NCBI GenBank assembly: GCA_044376115.1
Contig: JBILLK010000029.1
Location: 74,795 to 138,794, forward strand
Reading direction: 5' to 3'
DNA: 64,000 nt
DNA from: Polyangiaceae bacterium
Lineage (GTDB): Bacteria > Myxococcota_A > Polyangia > Polyangiales > Polyangiaceae
Below the pieces are notes generated by a model. It made no database searches. It saw only the letters and a program-made list of their open reading frames with translations, and had not been told where the DNA came from. The position numbers were made by a program, and so were the translations under genes. Shown one piece after another: positions 10,400-20,153 of the stretch (within the stretch, counting starts at the first letter, position 1; every line of letters begins with the position of its first letter).

Positions 10400-11721
10400 G
10401 GAAGACCGTGTTCGCGCAGCTTGTTGTAAAGGCTCGCACGACTGATGCCAAGCAGCCGCGAGGCCTTCGCGCGGTTACCTTCAGCCGCTTTCAACGCCCT
10501 GCTAATTGCTTCCTTTTCAGCCGCGCGCATCGACTCGTCGAGCGGGCGCACCTGTTCCACCGGGCGGTGCTCACTGATGCTGCTCAGTTCGGCTACCAGC
10601 GATTCGAACGGCGAAACATCCGAGACGCTGCGCTGGACGTCCGCTTCCGTGATCAGCTCTCCGGAGCCCAACACGACGAGCCTCTCGACGAAGTTCTGCA
10701 GCTGCCGCACGTTACCCGGCCACCTCATGCGACGAATCAGGTTGAGCGCCTCGAGCGAAATGCTCATATTCCCCCGCTGGTTTTCGCGGGCGAAGCGCGC
10801 ACAGAACTGCACCGCCAGGAGTTCGAGGTCGCGGCCGCGAGCTCGCAGCGGAGGTACCCATAGCGGCACGACGTTGAGCCGGTAGAACAGATCCTCGCGG
10901 AAGGTCCCTGCCTTTACCATCGCCTCGAGATCACGATGGGTTGCAGCCACGAAGCGAACATCCGCTCGAAGCGGTGCTACTCCACCGAGGCGCTGATATT
11001 CCCGCTCTTGAATAAGCCGCAACAGCTTGGCCTGAGTAGCGGCAGTGATCTCTCCGATCTCATCGAGGAACAGCGTGCCTCCTGAGGCTGCCTCCACCCG
11101 TCCGATCTTTCGAGCAACGGCCCCGGTGAATGCCCCTTTCTCGTAGCCAAACAGTTCGCTCTCCAGCAGGGACTCGGGCAACGCAGCGCAATGCAATGCC
11201 ACGAACGGCCCCTGCGCTCGCGGACTCATCTGATGGAGGGCCTTGGCAACGAGTTCCTTGCCGGTGCCAGTCTCCCCTCGAACGAGAACCGTCGCCATCC
11301 CCGTTGCAGATCGGGCAATCATCTCACGAACGCGATCCATCACCGACGATGTCCCAAGGAGGTTCGCCATAGGTTCGATCGAAAGCGGCTCGTGCGAGGT
11401 CTTCTCGTATTGAAGAAGCAGCGTCTGGCGTACGCACAAAAGAGCTTCTTCCCGCTCGCTCGAGCGCAGTACCGCAACCGGAAGCTCAGGCAGGTGTTGG
11501 CGAACCTTCTCGATCAGTGCGGCGTACGCGGCCTCTTGCGCAGCCTCGATCAAGACGATGTCGAACGCGCGCCGGCTAACCGCATCCCAAACGGCCTCGG
11601 CGGTACTGAAGAATGACGCGGATATCTCACTATTGGCCAGGACTCCGGCCCAGTGGTTAGAACCAACCACGACGGCTCTAACTCCAGCGGGGATGGCACA
11701 AGGCTCTCTGTCCGTTCGCAC
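10396..11721 (-). CDS. sigma54-dependent enhancer-binding protein (NtrC/Fis family) with degenerate receiver domain
   Basis: [50 protein letters not shown], Fis-type HTH. Confidence 0.95.
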   Translation of the reverse strand: MRTDREPCAIPAGVRAVVVGSNHWAGVLANSEISASFFSTAEAVWDAVSRRAFDIVLIEAAQEAAYAALIEKVRQHLPELPVAVLRSSEREEALLCVRQTLLLQYEKTSHEPLSIEPMANLLGTSSVMDRVREMIARSATGMATVLVRGETGTGKELVAKALHQMSPRAQGPFVALHCAALPESLLESELFGYEKGAFTGAVARKIGRVEAASGGTLFLDEIGEITAATQAKLLRLIQEREYQRLGGVAPLRADVRFVAATHRDLEAMVKAGTFREDLFYRLNVVPLWVPPLRARGRDLELLAVQFCARFARENQRGNMSISLEALNLIRRMRWPGNVRQLQNFVERLVVLGSGELITEADVQRSVSDVSPFESLVAELSSISEHRPVEQVRPLDESMRAAEKEAISRALKAAEGNRAKASRLLGISRASLYNKLREHGLP

Positions 11722-11829
11722 GGCGCCACTATAGCCCGCTTCGTTCCAGCCGTTGCCTCGCTTTGCCCGAGCTTCGCTGGTGGCCGCCAGCTCCGACGGC
11801 GCACCTTGCTCGACGAGCTTGACGTAGAC

Positions 11830-11940
11830 GGATTGCCGTAGCCCTCGAGCGAGCGATACACGTCGCGGGCGAGCTTCTCTTCCTCTCGCATGAACAGAAG
11901 GGATTCGACCTCAAGCTCGGAGAGTGAAACCGACGCACCT
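11830..11940 (-). pseudogene. Fragment of DUF2202-like (ferritin-like) gene
   Basis: [23 protein letters not shown] preceded by in-frame TGA and followed by unrelated sequence. Confidence 0.6.
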
Positions 11941-12191
11941 CACCGCCAGAGGCATCGTTCGACCCGCTGCCAGTGCCTCTCCGGGGCCGTGCCCCGCGCA
12001 ACTCGTGACCGACCGCCGATAGCCATCGCATGAACAGGATTCGCTCCTCTGTCCGTAAGAGTCCGGCTGCTGAAGAAGGATTCGACGTCGACCGACAAAA
12101 GCTCGTTCGCTCAGAACAGCTGCTAGCGTCTCGCTGTTCCTCTACTTCTGCCTGCTGGTCTTCACGTTCTTGAGCGTATCTTTGGGGAACG

Positions 12192-12755
12192 TTGGAGCAG
12201 GCCAGCAGTTTCTCGACTGAGCGCGCGTTGTGGCTCAATCGAACAATCGTAAGTGAGCGATTGTCGCTCGAGCCGCTGCTAGCGCTGCATGGGCAGGCGA
12301 TGTTCGAGCCTCTGCAGGCGGCTGCGCTATACACCTGGATCTCGGCCACTCCGCCGGCGACGCAAGCGGCGCTGGCCGCGCGTTGGCTGCGCAACGAGTC
12401 GCGCCTGGCGCCCGACGGCAGCAGCGCATGGCTGGCGTGGGCGGTGCGCTGGGGCGACGAACTCGTCGGCAAGCTCGACGCTGAGATCACGGCCGATAAC
12501 GTCGCCAGCAACGTCGGCTATCTTTTCTTCGTCGATCACTGGGGCAAGGGCCTCGCGAGCGAAGCCGTGCGCGCGCTTTCGGACCGCCTGATTGTGGACG
12601 GCGTGCGCGAGCAGCACGCGACGGTGACCGTCGGCAATCACGCCTCCTGCCGCGTGCTCGAGAAATGCGGCTTCGAGCCGAACGGGCTTTTGCCGGCGAA
12701 CGACGTCATCCGTGGCGTCGCCCATGACGACCTTGCCTACGTACGACGCGGCTAA
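12192..12755 (+). CDS. GNAT N-acetyltransferase, RimJ/RimL family
   Basis: SERLSLEPL, VGYLF..HWGKGLASEA, NHASCRVLEKCGF. Confidence 0.85.
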   Translation: MEQASSFSTERALWLNRTIVSERLSLEPLLALHGQAMFEPLQAAALYTWISATPPATQAALAARWLRNESRLAPDGSSAWLAWAVRWGDELVGKLDAEITADNVASNVGYLFFVDHWGKGLASEAVRALSDRLIVDGVREQHATVTVGNHASCRVLEKCGFEPNGLLPANDVIRGVAHDDLAYVRRG

Positions 12756-13714
12756 CCGCCAGCGGCCGCACACGCCGAGAACGCTCGCGTAAGCGCCTCT
12801 CGCTCGAGACCAAAACCGACGACCACCAAGCGGCTGGTGCGCGGCTGCTCGTCCCACGGCTCGCCGAAGCTGAGTTCGAACCGATCGGCGACGCCCTGAA
12901 CGATCATGCGGGTGGGCAAGCCCTCGACCGCGAGGATGCCTTTGGAACGAAGCAGACGGCCGGAGAAACGCTCGAGCTCGGTCTCCATGAACTCAGCGAA
13001 AAGGTCGCCGTCGAGCTCACCGTCGAGAACCAGGGAGATCGATTCGAATACGTGTTCGCTCGTGCGCCTTGGCGAAGGCTGCGCTGGCGCGAAGTCGGCG
13101 CGTCTTTGCGCGAGCAGGGCCTCTAGCGTTGCAAACGCTGGGTCATCGAACTCGCCACGGCTAGCGGTGGCGATCAGGGCAGCGCCGTTGTGCTCTTCGA
13201 TCAAAGCTCGGGCGCGAAGGCGCGCTTCGGGCGCGCATTGATCGACCCGCGAGAGCACGACGACATCGGCGAAGCCCACTTGCTCGAGCGCGAGTTCGTA
13301 CGCCGAGAGCACCTCCATACGCGTCGCATCGACGACCGTGATGATGCCGTCGAGCGTATGCGCTCCGTGCGGCGCGCTGCCAGCGACGGCGTGCACGACC
13401 CCCGCGGGCGAGGCTGCTCCGGAGGTCTCGACCACGATCCGTTTCGGCGGAAGTGGAGCCGAAGCGAGTTCGGCGAGCGCTCGTACGAGCTCGGCTTGGG
13501 TCGAGCAGCACACGCAACCGCCGGCGATTTCGATTATGGCGCGCACCCGTGCACTGAGCAGCGCGCCATCGATCCCGACCTTGCCGATCTCGTTCACGAT
13601 CACCGCAATCTCCCCGCGCTCGACGTCGGCGAGCCAGCGGTTCACCAGCGTGGTCTTGCCGGCACCAAGAAACCCGGTCACGACCGTTACCGGCGTTGGT
13701 GAGGATTCGGCCAT
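12752..13714 (-). CDS. CobW/COG0523 metallochaperone GTPase
   Basis: TGFLGAGKTT, VIVNEIG, GGCVCC, VETSGAASP, EQVGFAD, LLRSKG. Confidence 0.9.
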   Translation of the reverse strand: MAESSPTPVTVVTGFLGAGKTTLVNRWLADVERGEIAVIVNEIGKVGIDGALLSARVRAIIEIAGGCVCCSTQAELVRALAELASAPLPPKRIVVETSGAASPAGVVHAVAGSAPHGAHTLDGIITVVDATRMEVLSAYELALEQVGFADVVVLSRVDQCAPEARLRARALIEEHNGAALIATASRGEFDDPAFATLEALLAQRRADFAPAQPSPRRTSEHVFESISLVLDGELDGDLFAEFMETELERFSGRLLRSKGILAVEGLPTRMIVQGVADRFELSFGEPWDEQPRTSRLVVVGFGLEREALTRAFSACAAAGG

Positions 13715-13761
13715 TGGGACATGCTCGCGATTCACGTACGCGAGCGCAAGCCGAGGGAGCG

Positions 13762-14565
13762 CTACAGCCTCGAGCGCACCACCACCGCGAGCACGAGCAC
13801 CACCGCGACAGCCATTCCAAAGAAGGCCGCGCGGCGCTCGCGCGGCGGTAGCGTGCGGAAGGCGGGCTCACTCAGGTTGGCGCAAAGGCCAATCGTCACC
13901 AACGCTGGAACGGCTAGCCCAAGCAATGCCGAGGCCGCGAAGGCGAGCAGCAGACCCAGCGTTGCGCCCACCAAGGTGCGCAGCGTCTTCAAATGATGGC
14001 GACGCATCACGCCGACGAGCAACGCGAGAAACACGAGATCGCCCACACCGAGCAGCAGGCTGAGCGCGTTGGTTCCCGGCACGGCTACAGCCAGCGCAAA
14101 GACCGAGAGAGCGCGCTCGCTGGCGGCGATCGAGTGCGTTGGCCCCTCGGGGCTGAGCACCGAAGCAACGTCCGCGGCAGCGGCCACCACCGAGGCGGGC
14201 AGCACGTGGCCAGGCGATGCAATCCGCTCGCCCACCGCCGAGCCGAGCGCCCGACCGATCACGAGCAGCGCGGTCACTTGCAAAGCGAGCGTAAAGCGAT
14301 CGAGCCCCACGCGATCGACGACCACGAGCAGCGCTGCCGCGCCTGCGAGCATCGCCAGCGTGATTGGCCCCGCAAGCGGCAGGAAGTCGCGGTCTTGCGC
14401 TGGTCTGCGCAAAAACATCGCCACTAACACCACGACGATGCCCCAGGCTGTCGCGCACAAATCGGCGAGCGCGGCGGGCACTGGCAAGGACGGCGCAAGC
14501 CAAGCGAAAGCGCTGGAGGCCAAGCCAAGCGCAGCTGGCACCAGCACGACCTCCAGCCGCTTCAC
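13762..14565 (-). CDS. Hypothetical multi-pass membrane protein
   Basis: Multiple hydrophobic helices; AD..S and LGVGDL (GxGD-like) motifs; overlaps mltG stop. Confidence 0.65.
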   Translation of the reverse strand: MKRLEVVLVPAALGLASSAFAWLAPSLPVPAALADLCATAWGIVVVLVAMFLRRPAQDRDFLPLAGPITLAMLAGAAALLVVVDRVGLDRFTLALQVTALLVIGRALGSAVGERIASPGHVLPASVVAAAADVASVLSPEGPTHSIAASERALSVFALAVAVPGTNALSLLLGVGDLVFLALLVGVMRRHHLKTLRTLVGATLGLLLAFAASALLGLAVPALVTIGLCANLSEPAFRTLPPRERRAAFFGMAVAVVLVLAVVVRSRL

Positions 14566-15764
14566 CGCTTGATCGCCTTGTCGTGCTCGGCGAGGGACTC
14601 ACTGAAGGTGTGCCTTCCGCCTCCCTTGGCGACGAAGAAGAGGTAGTCGGTGTGGGCGGGCGCGAGCACCGCGCGCAGCGAGCGTTCACCGGGGTTGGCG
14701 ATCGGGCCGGGCGGCAGCCCCACGTTGGTGTAGGTACTGTATTGGTTTAGCTTGTCGCGGTTCATCGCCGGCGTGACTTTGCCTTCAAAACCTTTGCAAC
14801 TCGGCACTTCGGTGGGCCGGCGCAAACAGTCGTAGGCGCTCGATGGATCGGACTGCAGCAACTTTGGCGTGAAGCTGTCCCTGGTCAAGCGGTTGAGAAA
14901 GACGCTGGCGATGATCGGCCGCTCATCGTCAACGGCGGCTTCCTTCTCCACCAGCGACGCCAGCGTGAGGATCTCGAAGCGGCTCCAACCGAGCTCGTTT
15001 TGCAAGGCGAGCAACGCCGGCTCGTGGTCTTCGGCGATGCGAGCCCAGCGCCGATTCGACTCGCGCACCATGCGCTCGAGCACGCTCGCGGCCTCGCAGT
15101 TCTTGGGGAACTCGTAGGTGGCCGGGAACAGGTAGCCCTCCGCGCTCTCGATCGGCTTGGTCGTGCCTTGCACCTCCAGCCGCTTGAGTTCCTGTGGGTC
15201 ACGCGCGATGCGTAGGAACTCGGAGCGCGAAACGACGCGCAGCTTCTCCAAGCGCTCGGCGATCGCGAACATGGTGAAGCCCTCGGGGATGGTCACCTTG
15301 ACCTTGGGCCGCCCATCCGAGCGCGCGAGCAGTTGGCTGAGTTCACGCGGGCTGGCACCGCCGTCGACGAGGTGGTTGCCCGGAGCGAAGCTGCGGGGCG
15401 AAAGCCAAAGGTAGACGGCCATCAACGCGCGGCTAGAGACGGCCCCTTGGTCGTGCAAGAGCGCAGCGATCTCGCTCGAGCTCGCGCCCTCAGGCACATC
15501 GATCTCGAGCGCCGATCCTGCGAGCGGGCCCTCGGCTTCGGCGAAGCGGGCCAGGTAAACGCCACCACCGAGTACAGCGACCAGCAGCGCGCACAGCCCG
15601 ACGATCACGGCCTGCCAAGCCCGCGACAGCTGCCAAAAGGAACGCCGCTGCGGCGCCGATTTGCGGTTCGCGCCCGACGGCCGCGACTCGGGCTTTTGCG
15701 ACCCCGGCGCACGGGCTCTGGCTGGCCGGGCTTTGGGCGCCGCCCGAACGTTCGCTCGCTTCAC
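14562..15764 (-). CDS. mltG: Endolytic transglycosylase MltG
   Basis: TM helix, VTIPEG, EGYLFPATY, LASLVEKE, ASVFLNRL, LQSDP, GLPPGPIANPG, YLFFVA. Confidence 0.95.
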   Translation of the reverse strand: MKRANVRAAPKARPARARAPGSQKPESRPSGANRKSAPQRRSFWQLSRAWQAVIVGLCALLVAVLGGGVYLARFAEAEGPLAGSALEIDVPEGASSSEIAALLHDQGAVSSRALMAVYLWLSPRSFAPGNHLVDGGASPRELSQLLARSDGRPKVKVTIPEGFTMFAIAERLEKLRVVSRSEFLRIARDPQELKRLEVQGTTKPIESAEGYLFPATYEFPKNCEAASVLERMVRESNRRWARIAEDHEPALLALQNELGWSRFEILTLASLVEKEAAVDDERPIIASVFLNRLTRDSFTPKLLQSDPSSAYDCLRRPTEVPSCKGFEGKVTPAMNRDKLNQYSTYTNVGLPPGPIANPGERSLRAVLAPAHTDYLFFVAKGGGRHTFSESLAEHDKAIKR

Positions 15765-15877
15765 CCGCGAGCCCTGGGCTTTGAGGGAAGTCCGCGTCGC
15801 ATCGCGCGCAGCCTAGCGCGTCACCTCGCGCTTGCGAGTCTTTTTCCCATTCGCCGAAGGTCGGGTATAGGCCGGCA

Positions 15878-16258
15878 ATGGCCGCTCTCCTGCCGCTTCC
15901 CCGAGTGCTCGTCCCTCACCCGCACGTGCGAGTCGACGACGCGATCCTGGCCGGCAGTCCGCATGTCGTGGGCTCGAAGGTCCCCGTCCGCCGACTCTGG
16001 GCCTGGCATCGCAGTGGCATCACGGTGGAAACGCTGGTGCGCCGCTACCCGAACCTCGGGCCCGGCAAGATCCTTGATGCGCTCTCCTTCGCCTACGACA
16101 ACGTCGACGTGATCACCGCCGACCTCGATCGCGAGCAGGCCGTGCTCAGCGACCAAACCAAAACGGCAGCACCGGTTCCGACCAACCAACTTGCGTTGCC
16201 CTTCTCCGGCGAACCAGCCAGCCCAACGCCGGCGAAGCCCAAAGCGAAGCGGCGCTGA
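15878..16258 (+). CDS. DUF433 domain protein
   Basis: ILAGSPHVVGSKVPV..GITVETLVRRYPNL..ILDALSF. Confidence 0.8.
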   Translation: MAALLPLPRVLVPHPHVRVDDAILAGSPHVVGSKVPVRRLWAWHRSGITVETLVRRYPNLGPGKILDALSFAYDNVDVITADLDREQAVLSDQTKTAAPVPTNQLALPFSGEPASPTPAKPKAKRR

Positions 16259-16617
16259 GCTGTCCCAGCTCGCACCAGCAAGCCATTCGCACTGTAAGAA
16301 TTCAGCCTTACTTGAACGGCCAAACGAGAACTGCGGGCGCCAAACAATGAGCGGCGGCTCGTGAGCCGCTATTGACCGCTAATGCGTCCTTTACAGCGCG
16401 CGGCGGACCGGACTAAAGAGCGTCGCGCGGGGCCAGTATGAGCCCGTCTTTGCGCTGGGGGTTTTCGGTCGAGCCCCAAGTCGGAGTGGCTCGGGGGTTT
16501 TGAGATGCCCGCGCCTTCCACGGTGTGGGGCTCTTGAATGCACAGGTACGCAAGACTCTACTTGCGCAAAAGTCACGCGGTTTAGGGCCTCTACGGCCCG
16601 CCATTTTGGAGGTTTTC

Positions 16618-17877
16618 ATGAAGGTCAGTCGCTGGAAGGTCGTTGCTCTCCCCGTCGCTTTGTTCGGCGTTGCTTCTCCCATGCTCGCCAACTGCGATGC
16701 TCTCTCGGGCCTCGCCAAAGACCCGTCCAAGCTCGGTGAACTCGCTGAGGGTTGCCCCGAGTACGACAAGGCCGACTTCTCGGGTATGCAGCTCGACGCC
16801 AAGATGAAGGGTCTGCTCGATGCCTCCGCCAAGTTCGACAAGCTGGCCGTCGAGATGGAGCTCGGCCTGATTGAGTCCTGCGGCGAGCTCGGCAAGGCGC
16901 TCGGCATGAAGGAAGAGGAGCTCAAGGCTGAGGCCGGTGGTGGCGAAGGCGCCAAGAAGGCCTGTGAAGCTGTGGCCGGCAAGCTGGACGCCTTCATGAA
17001 GGCGAACCTCGATGCCAAGCTCAGCATCACCATCACGCCCCCCAAGTGCTACGCGTCGATCGACGCGATGACCTCCTGCCTCGCTGACTGCGGGAGCCCG
17101 GTGAGCCCGGGTGAATTCAAGGCCTCCTGTCAGGGCGGCGAGCTCTCCGGTGAGTGCAGCGGCAAGTGCGAAGGCTCCTGCAGCGTGGACGCAGGCGCTG
17201 AGTGCAAAGGCACCTGCGGTGGCTCCTGCTCCGGCAAGTGCGACGTGAAGTTCAGCGGCAAGTGCGGTGGCAAGTGCAACGGTAAGTGCGACGGCAAAGA
17301 CTCCAAGGGCGCCAAGTGCGCTGGCACCTGCGATGGCTCCTGCGACGCACAGGCTGAAGGCTCCTGCGGCGGCACCTGCGAAGGCAAGTGCGACGTGAAG
17401 TGTGAAGCCAAGGTCACCGGCGGCTGCTCGGGTCAGTGCACCGGCGGCTGTGACGTGGAGTTCAAGGCCCCGAGCTGCACGGGCGAGTTCAAGCCGCCGA
17501 AGGTCAGCATGGAGTGCCAGTCGCAGTGCGCCGCCAAGGCCGCTGGCAGCCTCAAGTGTGATCCCCCGGGCCTCACCGTTCTCGTGAACGGCAAGTCCTC
17601 GGCGGAGCTCACCACGGTGATCGCCGGTCTCAAGAAGGCCCTCCCGAAGATCGTGGAAATCAACCTCGGCAAGGGCAAGGCCCTGATCAAGGCTGGCGCA
17701 GACCTCGGCACGCAGATCAGCGGCTCGGTTGACGCCATCGGCAAAGCCAGCGCCAAGGCTGCTCTTTGCGCTGGTATCGCCGCCAAGGGCGTCGCCACGG
17801 CAGCAGCCGGCGTGACCCTCTCGGTGGACGTCAGCGTCAAGGTCAGCGGCTCGGCCACTGGCAAGGTTGGCGGCTGA
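16618..17877 (+). CDS. Cys-rich (CxGxCxGxC repeat) lipoprotein
   Basis: GGAGG RBS, lipobox LANC, central CxGxC repeats, strong codon bias. Confidence 0.85.
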   Translation: MKVSRWKVVALPVALFGVASPMLANCDALSGLAKDPSKLGELAEGCPEYDKADFSGMQLDAKMKGLLDASAKFDKLAVEMELGLIESCGELGKALGMKEEELKAEAGGGEGAKKACEAVAGKLDAFMKANLDAKLSITITPPKCYASIDAMTSCLADCGSPVSPGEFKASCQGGELSGECSGKCEGSCSVDAGAECKGTCGGSCSGKCDVKFSGKCGGKCNGKCDGKDSKGAKCAGTCDGSCDAQAEGSCGGTCEGKCDVKCEAKVTGGCSGQCTGGCDVEFKAPSCTGEFKPPKVSMECQSQCAAKAAGSLKCDPPGLTVLVNGKSSAELTTVIAGLKKALPKIVEINLGKGKALIKAGADLGTQISGSVDAIGKASAKAALCAGIAAKGVATAAAGVTLSVDVSVKVSGSATGKVGG

Positions 17878-17913
17878 GGCTAGCTCACCAGCCTCACACG
17901 GTTGGTTGAAACG

Positions 17914-17954
17914 GAAACGGGCGGTTCCTGAGAGCCGCCCGTTTCGCTTTTGTT
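17914..17954 (+). terminator. Intrinsic terminator
   Basis: Stem GAAACGGGCGGTTC / GAGCCGCCCGTTTC, loop CTGA, then GCTTTTGTT; between convergent genes. Confidence 0.8.
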
Positions 17955-17960
17955 GGTCAG

Positions 17961-18389
17961 CTACTGAGGCACGACCAGCGGCGCTGTCTGCGGCGCGGCG
18001 GCTCCTTGCGGCGCGCCTTCGGCAGTCCCGTCAACGCCGTCGCAGTTCTGATCGATCCCGTCTCCCAGCGTGTCGGGAGCCGCGGGGAAGCGCTGAGGGT
18101 CGTGGTCCTCACAATCGATCGGCCTGCCGTCCGAAGCGCCACCGCGACAATCCACAGCGCCATCGCGATCCGCGTCTTCACACATCGCCGCCGGTCGCTC
18201 GACTGGCATGGGCATCGCCATTCCGTAGCAGGCCATCAGTGTGACCATCGTCACGCCCGCAGCAGCAGCCTTTGCTACCGATCGGAGCGCCGAGCCCGAG
18301 GCTTCACGTTTGCCGCAGTGGGGACAAGCAGCCAAACTCTGCGGGACAAAGCCCCCACAACCTTCACACGCTGACAGAACAGCCATCAT
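17961..18389 (-). CDS. Small protein with N-terminal CxxC..CxxC ribbon and MopE-like metal-binding motif
   Basis: CEGC..CPHC; internal LMAC; DADRDG..DCEDHDPQRFPAAPDTLGDGIDQNCDG; GGAGG RBS. Confidence 0.7.
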   Translation of the reverse strand: MMAVLSACEGCGGFVPQSLAACPHCGKREASGSALRSVAKAAAAGVTMVTLMACYGMAMPMPVERPAAMCEDADRDGAVDCRGGASDGRPIDCEDHDPQRFPAAPDTLGDGIDQNCDGVDGTAEGAPQGAAAPQTAPLVVPQ

Positions 18390-18494
18390 TCCTCCGAATG
18401 CTCCAACGGACGGGAGCGCTCGCAGCTTACGCGCCCAAGCGACGACTCTGCACCTCTCGCTGCGGCGAACTCGGCCTCATGCCTCAATCAGGCG

Positions 18495-19400
18495 CTAGAT
18501 CCCCGCCTGCTCGCCCCCGGCACCAACCACCGCGAAGGACATCGTCGCGGTGGAGCGAGCCCAAGCGAAGCGACCCTGCGGCGTAACCAGAATCAGCCCT
18601 GAAGCGCCCTGCAGCCGCTCTTGCAGCCTCGTTACAGCGAGACGGGCGGCCTGCTCGGCCGACTCGCCGGCTCGCAGGTAGCTGGCCGCCAATTGCGAGA
18701 GCCCGAGCTTCAAGATCGCCTCGCCATCCCCGGTGCAGCTGACCGCGCAGGACGAATCGTCCGCGAGCGTGCCAGCCCCAATGATCGGGGAATCGCCCAA
18801 GCGCCCCACGCGCTTGCCCAACGTACCGCCGGTGCTGGTGCCCGCGGCGAGCTGCCCTGCAGCGTCTACCGCTACCGCGCCCACGGTTCCACCAGCCCAG
18901 CCGCCACTCCCGCCGTCGGCGCGGAACTTCGCCAAGGCGGCCCGTGCTTCCTCGGTCACCAGCGCCTCAGGCTCCACCTCGGCGAAACCGCGCTCGAGCG
19001 CGAAGGCACGCGCCCCCGGCCCAACGTAGAGCACGTGCCGACCTTCCTCGAGCACGGCGCGCGCAACCTCGATCGGGTTGCGAAAGCTCGCTAGCGCTCC
19101 CACCGCGCCGGCCGCGAGATCGGACCCGCGCATCAGGGAAGCGTCATGCGAGACCTGCCCCTCGGCGTTGAGAGCCGCTCCGGTACCGGCGTTGAACTGC
19201 GGCAAGTCCTCGAGCACCTTCACTGCGGCTTGCACTGCATCGAGCGCCGAGCCGCCTTCTCTGAGCCGCTGATAGCCGGCCCGCGCCGCTGCGCGACAGC
19301 CCTCCACATGCAACTCGCGCCGCTCGCTGGGGACGTTGCCGGCTCCACCGTGAACCAGCACCAACGGAAGCAAAAGCCCGCCACCCGACTCTACGCTCAT
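18495..19400 (-). CDS. Isoaspartyl peptidase / L-asparaginase (Ntn hydrolase)
   Basis: VHGGAG, LEDLPQFNAG, DASLM, GTVGAVA, TSTGG, GRLGDSPIIGAG, CTGDGE. Confidence 0.93.
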   Translation of the reverse strand: MSVESGGGLLLPLVLVHGGAGNVPSERRELHVEGCRAAARAGYQRLREGGSALDAVQAAVKVLEDLPQFNAGTGAALNAEGQVSHDASLMRGSDLAAGAVGALASFRNPIEVARAVLEEGRHVLYVGPGARAFALERGFAEVEPEALVTEEARAALAKFRADGGSGGWAGGTVGAVAVDAAGQLAAGTSTGGTLGKRVGRLGDSPIIGAGTLADDSSCAVSCTGDGEAILKLGLSQLAASYLRAGESAEQAARLAVTRLQERLQGASGLILVTPQGRFAWARSTATMSFAVVGAGGEQAGI

Positions 19401-19470
19401 GGTGGCTGAGCATAGGTGAATCGCAGCTGAAAACTGGATCAACCTTGCCTCTTCTGTCTAAACCGGGACG

Positions 19471-20070
19471 ATGAAACGAGCTGTGTTCGCCACTGCGCTG
19501 TTGGGGCTTCTGCCGGGGTGCCTTTCGCTTGGCATCCCTTCTGAATCCAGCGGCACTGAAGAAGAGGAGTCCGTGCCGGAGGCAGACCTCGTCGCGATCG
19601 GTACCTACGAGGTCGACGCCGAGCGCGTTGCCAGCGACTGCGGTGAAGGCACGATCGTACTAGCGCCCTCCTGGACCTTCGAGACCACGCTGAGTGAGGA
19701 CGAAGAGGGCGAGCAGATCTTCTGGGACACCGGCAGCGGGCCCAAGCCGGGCGAGCTACGCAGCGACAAGCTCTCCTTCTCCTTTGACGCGACCATCGTA
19801 AGCGACCTGCGCAGCCCGGCGACTGACGACGACTGGCTACCACCTTGCCGAATTCGCCGCGTTGATTCGCTGGACGGAGCCTTCGATGAGGACGACGCTG
19901 AGCGCAGCAAGTGGAAGGGCAGCATGAGCTTTCACTTCGAAGCGACCGAGGGCTCCGACTGCTCCGACATGATCGGCCAGCCAGGCTTTTACGGTCAGCA
20001 GGTCATCCTCGGTAAGCTGCCTTGTGACGTCCGCTACGAGGTCAACGCGTTTGGCGTCAGCGAGGAATGA
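19471..20070 (+). CDS. Hypothetical lipoprotein (paralog of 46232..46750)
   Basis: Lipobox LPGC; EATEGSDCSD and LPCxVRY shared with 46232 gene. Confidence 0.75.
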   Translation: MKRAVFATALLGLLPGCLSLGIPSESSGTEEEESVPEADLVAIGTYEVDAERVASDCGEGTIVLAPSWTFETTLSEDEEGEQIFWDTGSGPKPGELRSDKLSFSFDATIVSDLRSPATDDDWLPPCRIRRVDSLDGAFDEDDAERSKWKGSMSFHFEATEGSDCSDMIGQPGFYGQQVILGKLPCDVRYEVNAFGVSEE

Positions 20071-20076
20071 ACCTGC

Positions 20077-20112
20077 AAAAGAAAAGGGCGCTCCAGCCTT
20101 TGCCAGAGCGCC
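20077..20112 (-). terminator. Intrinsic terminator of minus-strand small transcript
   Basis: Minus strand GGCGCTCTGGC-AAAG-GCTGGAGCGCC then CTTTTCTTTT. Confidence 0.75.
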
Positions 20113-20153
20113 TCGGCCCACGTGGGGGCTCGGTCAGAAGACGGATAGCTCAG

